Below are positions 34,973 through 44,234 of a DNA stretch of 64,000 nucleotides, in pieces. The stretch comes from an uncultured Acidobacteriota bacterium (GTDB lineage Bacteria > Acidobacteriota > Vicinamibacteria > Vicinamibacterales > 2-12-FULL-66-21): contig CAWJYM010000009.1 of NCBI GenBank assembly GCA_963847125.1, positions 82,658 through 146,657 of the forward strand. The letters run 5' to 3'. Made by a program: the position numbers and the translations under genes. The notes beneath the pieces are model-generated. The model saw only the letters and a program-made list of their open reading frames with translations. It ran no database searches and was not told where the DNA came from. Within the stretch, counting starts at the first letter, position 1; each line of letters begins with the position of its first letter.

Positions 34973-36235
34973 TTATTCGTCCGCGACCATTTCTTCCATC
35001 CGCCGCGTGGGGCGCCGGAGAATCACGCCGCGGGTCGAGCTGCGGATGAATCCGACGAGATATCGCACCTCGTCGCACGCGAGCGTGCGGTCGGCTTCGA
35101 TCTGCGCCAGCGCGCGGGTCGTGTTCAGCTTCGAGACCAGGAGGACCCGGTACGCGTGCCTGAGCTTGGCCACGACGTCCGGCGGGAAGCCGCGCCGCAC
35201 GAGCCCGATCGTGTTGACGCCGAAGATCCGCGCGGGCCGGCTGCCCACGGTCTTGGCAAACGGCAGCGCGTCCTTGGTCACGATGGTCGCGCCGCCGATG
35301 AACGCGTGCTGCCCCACCTTGCAGAACTGATGCACCGCCGAGAACGCGCTGATCGTCGCGAAGTCCTCGACAGTGACGTGCCCGCCGAGCGTGGCGGAAT
35401 TGCCGAAGATCGTGTGGTGGCCGACGTGGCAGTCGTGCGCCACGTGCACGTAGGCCATGAACAGGTTGTGATCGCCGATCGTCGTCTCGCCGCCGCCCCC
35501 CGCGGTCCCCCGGTGCACGGTCACGAACTCCCGGAACACGTTGCGGCGGCCGATCACGAGCCGGCTCCGCTCGCCCTTGAACTTCAGATCCTGAGGAATC
35601 AACCCGATCGACGCCATCGGGAAGATCTCGCAGTCGTCGCCGATCTCGGTCCAGCCGCCGACGATCGAGGAGGCGCCGATCCGACAGTTGCGGCCGATCC
35701 GGACGTGCTCGCCGACGACCGCGTGCGGGCCGATGACGGTGCCGGCCCCGATGGTCGCGCCGCGGCCGACGATCGCGCTCGGATGAATGAGGTCCTCGGA
35801 CGCGGACTCGGCCTGGCGCCCGATCAGGAGGTCCATCTGGGCAACAATCTGATCGCCGACGCGCGCCACACCGACCGCGCGCGCGAGGGCCGCGCGGCGC
35901 CGGTCGAGCGTCACCTCGAGCTGCAACCGGTCGCCGGGCACGACCTGCCGCCGGAACTTCGCGTTGTCGACGCCTCGCAGGAACAGGCGCCCGTTCCCGC
36001 CCGCTGTCTCCTGCAGAAGAAGGACGCTCGCGACCTGTGACAGCGTTTCGATCATCAGCACGCCCGGCATCATCGGCGCGCCCGGAAAGTGCCCCTGGAA
36101 GAATTCTTCGCTGACGGTGACGTTCTTGACCGCGACGATCCGCCGCCCGGGCTCGCAGGACTCGATGGCGTCCACGAGGAGCGAGGGATAGCGGTAGGCC
36201 AACCGCTCCAGGACGGCGGGGATGTCGATGGACAC
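34973..36235 (-). CDS. fused 3-hydroxyacyl-ACP dehydratase FabZ / UDP-GlcNAc O-acyltransferase LpxA
   Basis: 420 aa, one uninterrupted ORF. Residues 1-~150 are FabZ (YRYPSLLVDAI..VSEEFFQGHFPGAPMMPGVLMIETLSQ). Residues ~155-420 are LpxA hexapeptide repeats plus the helical C-terminus (IHPSAIVGRGATIGAGTVIGPHAVVG.. ..GVNTIGLVRRGF). Confidence 0.85.
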   Translation of the reverse strand: MSIDIPAVLERLAYRYPSLLVDAIESCEPGRRIVAVKNVTVSEEFFQGHFPGAPMMPGVLMIETLSQVASVLLLQETAGGNGRLFLRGVDNAKFRRQVVPGDRLQLEVTLDRRRAALARAVGVARVGDQIVAQMDLLIGRQAESASEDLIHPSAIVGRGATIGAGTVIGPHAVVGEHVRIGRNCRIGASSIVGGWTEIGDDCEIFPMASIGLIPQDLKFKGERSRLVIGRRNVFREFVTVHRGTAGGGGETTIGDHNLFMAYVHVAHDCHVGHHTIFGNSATLGGHVTVEDFATISAFSAVHQFCKVGQHAFIGGATIVTKDALPFAKTVGSRPARIFGVNTIGLVRRGFPPDVVAKLRHAYRVLLVSKLNTTRALAQIEADRTLACDEVRYLVGFIRSSTRGVILRRPTRRMEEMVADE

Positions 36236-36244
36236 GGGAGTAAC

Positions 36245-36357
36245 TGTAGCAGGCCCGGGATGATTCGGGCACTGCGGGACTGCCCGCCTCCGCTCATCGA
36301 GCTTCGGCGAGGTCCCGCCGTAGCGCTTCGCGCGAAGGCGGAAAGGTCGGGCCTACA
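36245..36357. repeat. cluster of REP-like units between skp and fabZ-lpxA
   Basis: TGTAGCAGGCCCGGGatgattCGGGCactgc (+). ccgccGTAGCGCTTCGCGCGAAGgcgg (12-nt palindrome). Half unit aaggtcgggcctaca (-). Confidence 0.65.
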
Positions 36358-36993
36358 TCATTTCTTCGGAGCCGGCGCCGTCTTCGGCTGCGAATCGAGC
36401 CGCTTGATGACCTCGGCCGACAGGTCCAGCCCCGGATGGCCCGCGATGATCCCCGAGTCGCCGGCGCTGAAGATCATGTGCAGGCCCTTTTCCTGCAGGA
36501 GCGTCCGGATGACCGGGATCACGCGGTTCTGGAAGTCCTGCTGCAGATCCTGTGTGAGGTCCTGCACCTCCGCCTGCGCGGTCTGCTGCGCGAACTGGAT
36601 TTCGCGCTGCATGCGGTCGATGTCCTTTTCGAGCTGCGCGCGGGCGCTGTCGTTCAATACCGACCCGCTCTGTGCGAGCTTCTGCTGCGCCGTCTGAAGG
36701 GCCTTGTTCTTGTCCGCCAGCTCGGATTGCTTCTTGGTGCTCAGCTCCTGAATCCTCGCCGTCGCGGCCTTGCCGTCAGCCGACTGGCTCGCAATCTGCT
36801 GCAGGTTCACGAACGCGAACTTGGCCCCCTCCGGCCACGGCTGCGGGGGCTGCGCGGCCGGCGGCGGCGGCGCCGGGGGCGCGGGCTGCGCCGGGGTCGG
36901 CTGCGTCGGCGCGGGCGTCGGCGCAGGAGGCGTCTGGGCAAATGTCGAAGTCGCCGCCAGGCTCAGGGCGGCCGCGAGCACAAACACTTTCAT
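36358..36993 (-). CDS. skp: OmpH/Skp family periplasmic chaperone
   Basis: Signal peptide MKVFVLAAALSLAATSTFA, a Pro-rich linker, and a Q/E/K-rich coiled coil. Sits next to bamA. Confidence 0.85.
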   Translation of the reverse strand: MKVFVLAAALSLAATSTFAQTPPAPTPAPTQPTPAQPAPPAPPPPAAQPPQPWPEGAKFAFVNLQQIASQSADGKAATARIQELSTKKQSELADKNKALQTAQQKLAQSGSVLNDSARAQLEKDIDRMQREIQFAQQTAQAEVQDLTQDLQQDFQNRVIPVIRTLLQEKGLHMIFSAGDSGIIAGHPGLDLSAEVIKRLDSQPKTAPAPKK

Positions 36994-37024
36994 ACTGATA
37001 CTGACCTCGTTCTCTTTCGCTGAT

Positions 37025-37080
37025 GCAGCCCTAAAGGGCTGCGCTACAAGCTCCTGGCAGGCCCGAGGCCTGCGCTACGG
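37025..37080 (-). repeat. two tandem GTAG REPs
   Basis: On the minus strand: GTAGCGCAGCCCTTTAGGGCTGC and GTAGCGCAGGCCTCGGGCCTGC. Confidence 0.85.
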
Positions 37081-37112
37081 GTATCGGCGTGAACCGGCGC
37101 TGCGTCCGCGCC

Positions 37113-37142
37113 GGATCTGCGTATATCTGCGTGAATCTGCGG
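37113..37142 (-). repeat. 3 x 10-nt direct repeats with core CGCAGAT
   Basis: ggatctgcgt atatctgcgt gaatctgcgg. It abuts the bamA stop codon. Confidence 0.85.
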
Positions 37143-37143
37143 C

Positions 37144-39834
37144 TCAGAAGGTCGATCCTACCGCAAAGCGGAACGTGAACGCCTTCTGTGGTTGCAGCTG
37201 GTTGTCCAGGACGCCGTCGCGCTGCGGGTTCCACGCGAAGATCAGCCGGAACGGCACGTTGAGGACCGGCATGAAGAACCGGATCTCCGCGCCGGTCGAC
37301 GTCTTCCAGTCGTCCATCGCGAAGTTATCGCCGCGGTCCTGCACCTGCCCGGCGTCGTAGAACAGCACGAGCCGCACCGGCCCGGCGATGTTGATGAGGT
37401 ACTCCCCGTTGAACAACAGGCTCTTGTTGCCGCCGATCACGAGACCCGAGACCGCGTCGTACGGCCCGATCGTCCGGATGTCGAATCCCCGTACGCTGTA
37501 CTCGCCGCCGAGGAACAGCCGCTCGAAGATGGGAAGAATGTTCGAATCGCCGTACGGCGAGATGAACTCCCACTGCCCGCGGAATCCGAGCGACGTGCGG
37601 TTCGTGTGACGGAAGTACCAGATCCCCTCGAGCCGGGGGTTGTAGAACTTGCAGCAGCCGCCGACTTCCAGGCCCTCCGGGGTCGTCAGCGGCGGCGTGT
37701 TGCCGCCCAACCCCGCGAGGTCGAACGACGCGGTGTACCGTCGACCGGTCGTCGGGAAGATGGGACTGTCAACCGTGTTGTGGACGAGGCTCGGAGCGAT
37801 CTTGCTGATCGTCCGGTGGCCGCCGACCCCAAGGAGGAGCGAATCCGCCAGGAAGGGGTTCGTTGCCGCCAGGATCGGATCGAGGTAGAGCTCGTTCAGC
37901 TCCTTGACCTTGACCTGCTCGTAGCTGTAGCTGAGGAACATCCGCGTGAAGTCGGCGAGCGGGAAGCCGAATACGAGGTTGCCCCCGGTCGATTGCTGCG
38001 TGAACTGCGAGATGTAGCGGACCTCGCGGGTGAAGATGTCGAAACCGAGCGTGATCGGACGATCGAACAGGAACGGCTCGGTGAACGCGAGCTGGTAGTT
38101 GCGCGCGCGCGACCCCGCCTGCGCCGCCACCGTCAGCGTCTCGCCCCGTCCGAGGAAGTTCGACGTCTGGAACGACAACTGACCGAAAAAGCCTTCGAAC
38201 TGCGAGACTCCGGCGCCAAACGTGAGCTGATTCCGGTTCTGCTCCTCGAGCTTCAGCGTGACGTCGACCTCGCTCGTCTCGGCCCCCTGCGCACCGGGCG
38301 TCTTCTGGACGTCGATCGCATCGCCACCCTCCAGGGACTTGAAGTAGCCGAGCTGGTTCAGCCGCTTGACGCTCGCTTTCAGCCCCTCCGTGTTGAACAC
38401 GCCCCCCTCGTACACCCGCAGCTCGCGCCGGATGACGTTGTCGCGCGTCGTCGTGTTCCCGATGAAGGTGATCCGGTTGACGAAGTACTGCTTGCCCGGC
38501 TGCATCCGCATCGTGACGTCGACGATGGGCGCCGCGCCGGGGTTGCCGTTGGGTTTGTCGTTCGCGGCGCCGTCCGCGCCGTCGTTCGGTTTGCCGTTCG
38601 TGCTGCCGTTGCCGTTGGCCAGGTCGCGCGGCTTCAGATCCGGAAACCCGACGAACTCGTAGTAGCCGCCCGAGCCGAAGATCTCCCGGGCCTTCTCGAG
38701 CCCCTTCCGGATCCGCTTCTCCGCGTACCAGTCGCCGGTCTTCATCTTGAAGAGCGGCCGCAGCGCTTCTTCCTTGACGACGGTGTTCCCTTCGAACTTG
38801 AAGTCGCCGACGCGGTACCGCGCCCCTTCGGTGACCGGGACGCGCAGCTGGATGTGCCGCGTCTTGCCGTCCTTCGAGTCCTCGAGCACCTTCAGCTCCG
38901 GCTGGCCGACCTGCGCCGCGATGTAGCCTTCGTTGCGGTAATGCTCGACGACTTTTTCGGCGTCCTCTTCGAACTTCCCTTCCTTGTAGGTCCCGCCGCC
39001 GGTGATGAAGGAGAAGAAGCCGCGCCCCTTGTTTTCCTTCATCTTCTTCGCGAGGGATCCGTCCGACATCTTGACGTTGCCGACGAAGTCGATGTCGCTG
39101 ATCTCGACCTTGGGCCCCTCGGTGATGTTGAAGGTGAGATGTATGAGCTTGGGACCGCCCGCCATTTCCTTGATCGTCGGCTTCACCTCGGCGTACTGGT
39201 AGCCCTTCTCGGCGTACAGCTCCCGGACGATCCCGGTCACCCGGCGGACGAGCCCCTGGTCGATGAAGGAGTCGGTCCGGATGACCGCGTTCTTCTCTTT
39301 CAGCGCCTCGTCGATTTTCGAGATCTCGACCTTTTTCGACCCGTCGTAGTCGACGATCTTGACCCGCTGCCGCTCCTCCATGTCGAACACGACGTACTTG
39401 GCCGCCACGCCGTTCGAGTACGGCCGGTCTTCGACCGAGAGGGTGAGGTTGTCGAGGAAGTTCGTGCTCCAGAGCCGCTTGTAGTCCGACAGCAGGCTCT
39501 GCTCGGTGGCCTCGTTGTAAGGAATCCAGACGCCGGCGCTCGGACGGCTGGTCTGGGTCTGAATGTAATAGACGTAGGTCTGAGGATCGATGACGGAGAC
39601 GTTCCCCTGCGTGGAGAACCGTACCTCGATCGCCCTGAGCAGCGTCGGCGAACCGGGCGGCGGGGTGATTTCGGCCTGGGGCTGACCCGCGGTCGGCGCG
39701 GCCGGAGCCTGGGCAGCAGGAGCCGGTGCGGACGGTGCCGGGGCCGGCAGCGGCGATACCGGCGGCGGCTGCTGGGCGGCTGCAAGAGCCGGCACGAGCA
39801 GTCCCGCGACGATCAGGACGGGGAGCGGTCGCAT
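37144..39834 (-). CDS. bamA: outer membrane protein assembly factor BamA
   Basis: 896 aa. Signal peptide, POTRA-like repeats, and a C-terminal beta-barrel ending ..FTFRFAVGSTF. Confidence 0.93.
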   Translation of the reverse strand: MRPLPVLIVAGLLVPALAAAQQPPPVSPLPAPAPSAPAPAAQAPAAPTAGQPQAEITPPPGSPTLLRAIEVRFSTQGNVSVIDPQTYVYYIQTQTSRPSAGVWIPYNEATEQSLLSDYKRLWSTNFLDNLTLSVEDRPYSNGVAAKYVVFDMEERQRVKIVDYDGSKKVEISKIDEALKEKNAVIRTDSFIDQGLVRRVTGIVRELYAEKGYQYAEVKPTIKEMAGGPKLIHLTFNITEGPKVEISDIDFVGNVKMSDGSLAKKMKENKGRGFFSFITGGGTYKEGKFEEDAEKVVEHYRNEGYIAAQVGQPELKVLEDSKDGKTRHIQLRVPVTEGARYRVGDFKFEGNTVVKEEALRPLFKMKTGDWYAEKRIRKGLEKAREIFGSGGYYEFVGFPDLKPRDLANGNGSTNGKPNDGADGAANDKPNGNPGAAPIVDVTMRMQPGKQYFVNRITFIGNTTTRDNVIRRELRVYEGGVFNTEGLKASVKRLNQLGYFKSLEGGDAIDVQKTPGAQGAETSEVDVTLKLEEQNRNQLTFGAGVSQFEGFFGQLSFQTSNFLGRGETLTVAAQAGSRARNYQLAFTEPFLFDRPITLGFDIFTREVRYISQFTQQSTGGNLVFGFPLADFTRMFLSYSYEQVKVKELNELYLDPILAATNPFLADSLLLGVGGHRTISKIAPSLVHNTVDSPIFPTTGRRYTASFDLAGLGGNTPPLTTPEGLEVGGCCKFYNPRLEGIWYFRHTNRTSLGFRGQWEFISPYGDSNILPIFERLFLGGEYSVRGFDIRTIGPYDAVSGLVIGGNKSLLFNGEYLINIAGPVRLVLFYDAGQVQDRGDNFAMDDWKTSTGAEIRFFMPVLNVPFRLIFAWNPQRDGVLDNQLQPQKAFTFRFAVGSTF

Positions 39835-39850
39835 GGGTTCGTAATCAAGC

Positions 39851-39920
39851 CAGGAATTAGGGACCAGGAACTGGGGACTAGGACGACGAGGCCTAGTTCC
39901 TCGTCCCTAGTTCCCAGTCC
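39851..39920. repeat. inverted pair of heptamer arrays (TAGGGAC-type / complement) forming a long imperfect hairpin
   Basis: caggaat tagggac caggaac tggggac taggacg acgaggc | ctagttc ctcgtcc ctagttc ccagtcc. Lies between the clpC stop and the bamA start. Confidence 0.85.
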
Positions 39921-39949
39921 CTTAATACAACCTACAACTTTACAGGAAG

Positions 39950-42394
39950 TTAGACGCTGGCCGCCAGCCGGCGGCCGGTCTCGGCCTGGCCCGCCACGCG
40001 GTAGGCCAGGGCGCCGCCGTCGAGGTAGACCTTGACGTCGCCGCTTCGCAGGTGGCCGCGGATGAGCTCCTCGGACAGCGGATCCTCTACATATCGCTGG
40101 ATCGCGCGGCGCAGGGGTCGCGCCCCGTACGAGCGGTCCTTGCAGGTCTGCTCGATGATCCAGTCCACCACGTCGTCGGCCAACTCGATGTTGAGCCGCC
40201 GATCGACCAGGTTGTCGTTGAGCTGCCGCACGAGCAGCCGTGTGATTTGCCGCAGATCGTCGTCGGCGAGCGCCTCGAAGACGATGATCTCGTCGATGCG
40301 GTTGATGAATTCGGGGTTGAAGGTCCGCTTGACCTCTCCCAGAACCATGTCCGACACGCTCCGGGCGATTTCCTTCTGATCGCTCGACTGGAACCCCATC
40401 GAGGCCTTCTTCTGAATGAAGCGGGCCCCGATGTTCGACGTCATGATGATGATGGCGTTCTTGAAGTTCACCCGGTTGCCCAGGCCGTCCGTGAGGTGCC
40501 CGTCCTCGAAGACCTGCAGCAGGATGTTGAACAGGTCGGGGTGCGCCTTCTCGATCTCGTCGAGCAGCACCACCGAGTAGGGGTTCCGCTTCACCTTCTC
40601 GGTGAGCTGGCCGCCCTCTTCGTGGCCGACGTATCCGGGCGGCGAGCCAATCAGCTTCGAAACCGAGTGCTTCTCCATGTACTCCGACATGTCGAAGCGG
40701 ATGAGCGCGTTGTCGCTGCCGAAGAGAAAACCGGCGAGGCCGCGCGCGAGCTCGGTCTTCCCGACCCCGGTCGGACCGAGGAAGACGAAGCTGCCCACGG
40801 GCCGCGTCGGCGCCTTGAGCCCCGCGCGCGAGCGCCGGATGGCGCGCGCGAGCGCCGAGATCGCCTTGTCCTGGCTGATGACGCGCCGGTGCAGCTCTTC
40901 CTCCATCCGGAGGAGCTTGTCCCCTTCGTCCTGGCTGAGCGACGTGATCGGGACGCCCGTCCACTTGGCCACGACCTCGTCGATGTCCGGCTTGGCGACG
41001 ACGACGCGGCGGGCGGAGGACTTAACGTCGAACCGCTCCCGGACGAACTGCAGGTTCTCCCGCGCCAGCACTTCCTGCTCGCGGAAGAACTGGGCCTTCT
41101 CGAAGTCTTTCTGCGAGACCGCGGTCTCCATCTGCTCGACGGCGACGCGGATCGACTTGTTGATCTCGCCGAACTCCTCGCTGTAGCCCGCCTCGCGCAG
41201 CTTGGCGCGCGCGCCTGCCTCGTCGACGAGGTCGATGGCCTTGTCCGGCAGGAATCGGTCCGTGATGTAGCGGCTCGACTGGTAGACGGCCGCCTCCAGC
41301 GCCTCGGAGGTGTACTCGACGTGATGGAACTGCTCGTAGCGGTCCTTCACGCCCATCAGGACTTCGATCGTCTCGCGCTCGGTCGGCGGATCGACCTTGA
41401 TCGCCTGGAAGCGGCGCTCGAGCGAGCGGTCCTTCTCGATGTACTTGCGGTACTCGGACGGCGTCGTGGCGCCGATGCAGCGGATCTCCCCGCGCGACAG
41501 GGCCGGCTTGAGGATGTTGGCGGCGTCGAGCGACCCTTCGGCCGAGCCCGCGCCCACGAGGGTGTGCAGCTCGTCGATGAACACGATGATGTTCGGGTTC
41601 TCGGTGAGCTCCTTCATGATCGCCTTCAGGCGCTCCTCGAACTGCCCGCGGTACTTCGTGCCCGCGACGATCAGCGAGATGTCGAGGGCGAGGATGCGCT
41701 TGTCGGCCAGGAAGTGCGGCACGTCGCCGCAGACAATCTTCTGAGCGAGCCCTTCGACGATGGCGGTCTTCCCGACGCCGGGCTCGCCGATGAGGACCGC
41801 GTTGTTCTTCGTGCGGCGGCAGAGCACCTGCTGGACCCGCTCGAGCTCGTGGTGGCGCCCGACCAGCGGGTCGAGCTGGTTCTTCATCGCCGCCTCGGTC
41901 AGGTCGCGGCTGAACTCGGCGAGGAGCGGCGTCTCCTTGACGCGCGTCAGCGTCGTCTTCTCGTTGAGGAGCTGGACAATATCCTCACGGACGGTGTTGA
42001 GGCGCATCCCCTTTTCCATGAGGATGGTCGCCGCCACCGAGCGCTCCTCGCGAAGGATGCCGAGCAGGAGGTGCTCCGTGCCGATGTAGTTGTGGAGCAG
42101 CCGGTCCGCCTCTTCGGCGGCGAACTGGAGGACCCGCTTGGCTTCGGCGCTGAACGGTATCTCGACCGAGGTCGAGACTTTCTCCCGGAAAACCGTGCGG
42201 CCTTCTATTTCTTTTCGAATGGTCTCGAGCGACAGGTGAGAGCGGGCAAAGATGCGGCTGGTCAGTCCCTTACCTTCACGGATCAGCCCGAGTAGCAGGT
42301 GCTCGGTCTCGATCGAAATGCTACCGAGCTGGCTGGCTTCATAGCGTGCAAAGAACAGCACGCGCCGTGCGCGTTCCGTGTACCGTTCGAACAT
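39950..42394 (-). CDS. clpC: ATP-dependent Clp protease ATP-binding subunit ClpC
   Basis: 814 aa. Clp_N repeats ([13 protein letters not shown]), two AAA+ modules ([15 protein letters not shown]; [15 protein letters not shown]). Confidence 0.93.
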   Translation of the reverse strand: MFERYTERARRVLFFARYEASQLGSISIETEHLLLGLIREGKGLTSRIFARSHLSLETIRKEIEGRTVFREKVSTSVEIPFSAEAKRVLQFAAEEADRLLHNYIGTEHLLLGILREERSVAATILMEKGMRLNTVREDIVQLLNEKTTLTRVKETPLLAEFSRDLTEAAMKNQLDPLVGRHHELERVQQVLCRRTKNNAVLIGEPGVGKTAIVEGLAQKIVCGDVPHFLADKRILALDISLIVAGTKYRGQFEERLKAIMKELTENPNIIVFIDELHTLVGAGSAEGSLDAANILKPALSRGEIRCIGATTPSEYRKYIEKDRSLERRFQAIKVDPPTERETIEVLMGVKDRYEQFHHVEYTSEALEAAVYQSSRYITDRFLPDKAIDLVDEAGARAKLREAGYSEEFGEINKSIRVAVEQMETAVSQKDFEKAQFFREQEVLARENLQFVRERFDVKSSARRVVVAKPDIDEVVAKWTGVPITSLSQDEGDKLLRMEEELHRRVISQDKAISALARAIRRSRAGLKAPTRPVGSFVFLGPTGVGKTELARGLAGFLFGSDNALIRFDMSEYMEKHSVSKLIGSPPGYVGHEEGGQLTEKVKRNPYSVVLLDEIEKAHPDLFNILLQVFEDGHLTDGLGNRVNFKNAIIIMTSNIGARFIQKKASMGFQSSDQKEIARSVSDMVLGEVKRTFNPEFINRIDEIIVFEALADDDLRQITRLLVRQLNDNLVDRRLNIELADDVVDWIIEQTCKDRSYGARPLRRAIQRYVEDPLSEELIRGHLRSGDVKVYLDGGALAYRVAGQAETGRRLAASV

Positions 42395-42453
42395 CCTAAG
42401 GGTCCTACGTAAAAGGGTTCGTGTTCGATGGCATCGGCGAACCTTGTAACCGC

Positions 42454-42482
42454 ATTATACGGCATAGCTAGCTCAGGGCCAA
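42454..42482 (-). promoter_or_regulatory. candidate sigma-70-type promoter of clpC: TTGGCC-N17-TATAAT
   Basis: On the minus strand: TTGGCCctgagctagctatgccgTATAAT, about 60 nt upstream of the clpC ATG, in an AT-richer patch. Confidence 0.5.
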
Positions 42483-42530
42483 CCGAGCCGTCGTGGTAAG
42501 TGCGGATTCTAAGCCACTTAGCGAGACTCC

Positions 42531-42546
42531 TTGGGCGGACGCCCAA
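42531..42546 (-). terminator. hairpin TTGGGCG-ga-CGCCCAA downstream of the D-aminoacylase gene
   Basis: 7-bp stem 37 nt after the stop. No U-tract. Confidence 0.35.
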
Positions 42547-42582
42547 CTTGTGACAGGACAGAACTGCATGAGAACGGAGCTA

Positions 42583-44232
42583 TTAGTTACAGATCTGGCA
42601 ACCTTTATCCCTACTCAACGCGGCCGCGACCGCATGAACCCGCGCAGTCGCCGCGCGTCTCGCCGGCCCCTTGAGCGCGCGTCCAGGCGTCGCGCCGGTC
42701 AGGACGCCATCACGGATGATGGACACGCCATTGACGATGACGTGATGAATGCCGACTGAGTACTGATGCGGGTCGGTGTAGGTGGCCCGGTCCGCGATCG
42801 TCCCCTCGTCGAACAGGGTGAGGTCGGCGTACATTCCCTTCGCGATGCGCCCGCGCTCGCGCTGCCCTATCTGATCGGCGGACATCGACGTCATCCGCTT
42901 GATCGCTTCTTCCAGCGTCAGCACCTTCTGCTCGCGAACGTATCGGCCGAGCACGCGAGGGAACGTGCCGTAGCTTCTCGGATGCGGATGGCCGATGCCG
43001 TAGCCGACCGGGTCGCCGTCGGTATCGAACATCGTCAATGGGTGACGCATGATTCGAACGACGTCCTGCTCGTCCATGCTGTGATAGATCGCGCTGAAGC
43101 CGCCCTTCAGTTGGAGCTCGATCGCGAGCTGGATGCCCGTCTCGATCGTGTCCGGCAGGCCGCGGTCTTTCGCCAAATCGGCGAGCGTCCGCCCGTCGTA
43201 CCGGCGGTCGGACGGCAGCGTGCGGAACTGGATGTTGGCCAGGTCGGCGCCGCCGCGCTCGACCGTGAAGATCCGCTTCATGTCCGCTTCGAGCTTCGCG
43301 CGCGTGGCGGGGTCCTTGGCCCGCCTGGCGAACGCCTCTCGCCCGCCGGCGAGCGACCATTGCGGAAACAGCACACTCGATCCCGTGCTCGATGCCGTGT
43401 ACGGGTACATGTCCAGCGTGACGTCGAGTCCCTCTTTTCTCGCTGCGTCGATCATCGTCAGGCTCTTCACGCTCCATCCCCACTGCGGTTTCCCGACGGC
43501 CTTGTGATGCTGCACCTGGCCGGGAATCCGCGCCTCGCGCGCGATCCGGATCACCTCGGCCACCGAATCGAGGAGGCCCGCGGCCTCGTCGCGCATGTGC
43601 GACACGTAGATACCGCCGTGCCGCGCCGCGACTTTCGCCAGCTCGATGACTTCTTCGGTCTTCGCGTAGTTCGCCGGCACGTAGATCAGGCCGGTCGACA
43701 GGCCGAGGGCGCCTGCCTTCATGCTTTCCTCGACCAGCGCTTTCATCTGCTCGAGCTCGCCGGCGGTGGGCGCGCGGTTCTCGAGGCCGATCACTTTCGT
43801 CCGCGCCCAGGAGTGACCCGCGAAGAAGCCGATGTTCGGCGCGACTTTCAGCTCGGACATGTACTTGTCCAGCGGCCACGGCTGATCGCCGCTGTGCAGG
43901 CTCGCGAGAATCGTGGTGATGCCCTGCCGCGTGAAGTTCTCGGCGAGCGGGTGCTGATGAATGGTCGTCTGGATGTGGGCGTGATGATCGATGAAGCCGG
44001 GAGCGACGATGAGCCCGTTCGCTTCGACGACCTGACGGGCGGAGGCGGCCTCGATGTTAGGGGCGACCTGGGCGATCCGGTCGCCTGTAATCGCCACGTC
44101 GGCACGGAATCGCGAAGCGCCCGTGCCGTCCACGACCGTCCCTCCGCGGATGATAAGGTCGAAGGAGGCTGGCTGGGCGTCGACCACGGCCAGAAGACCG
44201 ATCACCGAGATGAAATAGAATGGCCGGAACAT
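42583..44232 (-). CDS. N-acyl-D-amino-acid deacylase family amidohydrolase (secreted)
   Basis: 549 aa. Signal-like N-terminus, and PGFIDHHAHIQT metal motif. Confidence 0.88.
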   Translation of the reverse strand: MFRPFYFISVIGLLAVVDAQPASFDLIIRGGTVVDGTGASRFRADVAITGDRIAQVAPNIEAASARQVVEANGLIVAPGFIDHHAHIQTTIHQHPLAENFTRQGITTILASLHSGDQPWPLDKYMSELKVAPNIGFFAGHSWARTKVIGLENRAPTAGELEQMKALVEESMKAGALGLSTGLIYVPANYAKTEEVIELAKVAARHGGIYVSHMRDEAAGLLDSVAEVIRIAREARIPGQVQHHKAVGKPQWGWSVKSLTMIDAARKEGLDVTLDMYPYTASSTGSSVLFPQWSLAGGREAFARRAKDPATRAKLEADMKRIFTVERGGADLANIQFRTLPSDRRYDGRTLADLAKDRGLPDTIETGIQLAIELQLKGGFSAIYHSMDEQDVVRIMRHPLTMFDTDGDPVGYGIGHPHPRSYGTFPRVLGRYVREQKVLTLEEAIKRMTSMSADQIGQRERGRIAKGMYADLTLFDEGTIADRATYTDPHQYSVGIHHVIVNGVSIIRDGVLTGATPGRALKGPARRAATARVHAVAAALSRDKGCQICN

Positions 44233-44234
44233 CG

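Noticed and set aside
37192-40035. 947-aa plus-strand ORF. Similar long antisense ORFs occur at 40052-42295, 12081-13859, 59814-61829, 31519-33246 and 34274-36040.
   Set aside because: These are shadows of real minus-strand genes (bamA, clpC, ETF-QO, DUF1552/ankyrin, UbiD, lpx). They are Arg/Asp/Pro/Gly-rich and motif-free, which is expected by chance in high-GC DNA.
42461-42545. tRNA-like words (tagctagctcagg, ggattctaagcc).
   Set aside because: I could not build an acceptor stem, anticodon stem or T-arm on either strand. The region is better explained as the clpC promoter plus an upstream hairpin.
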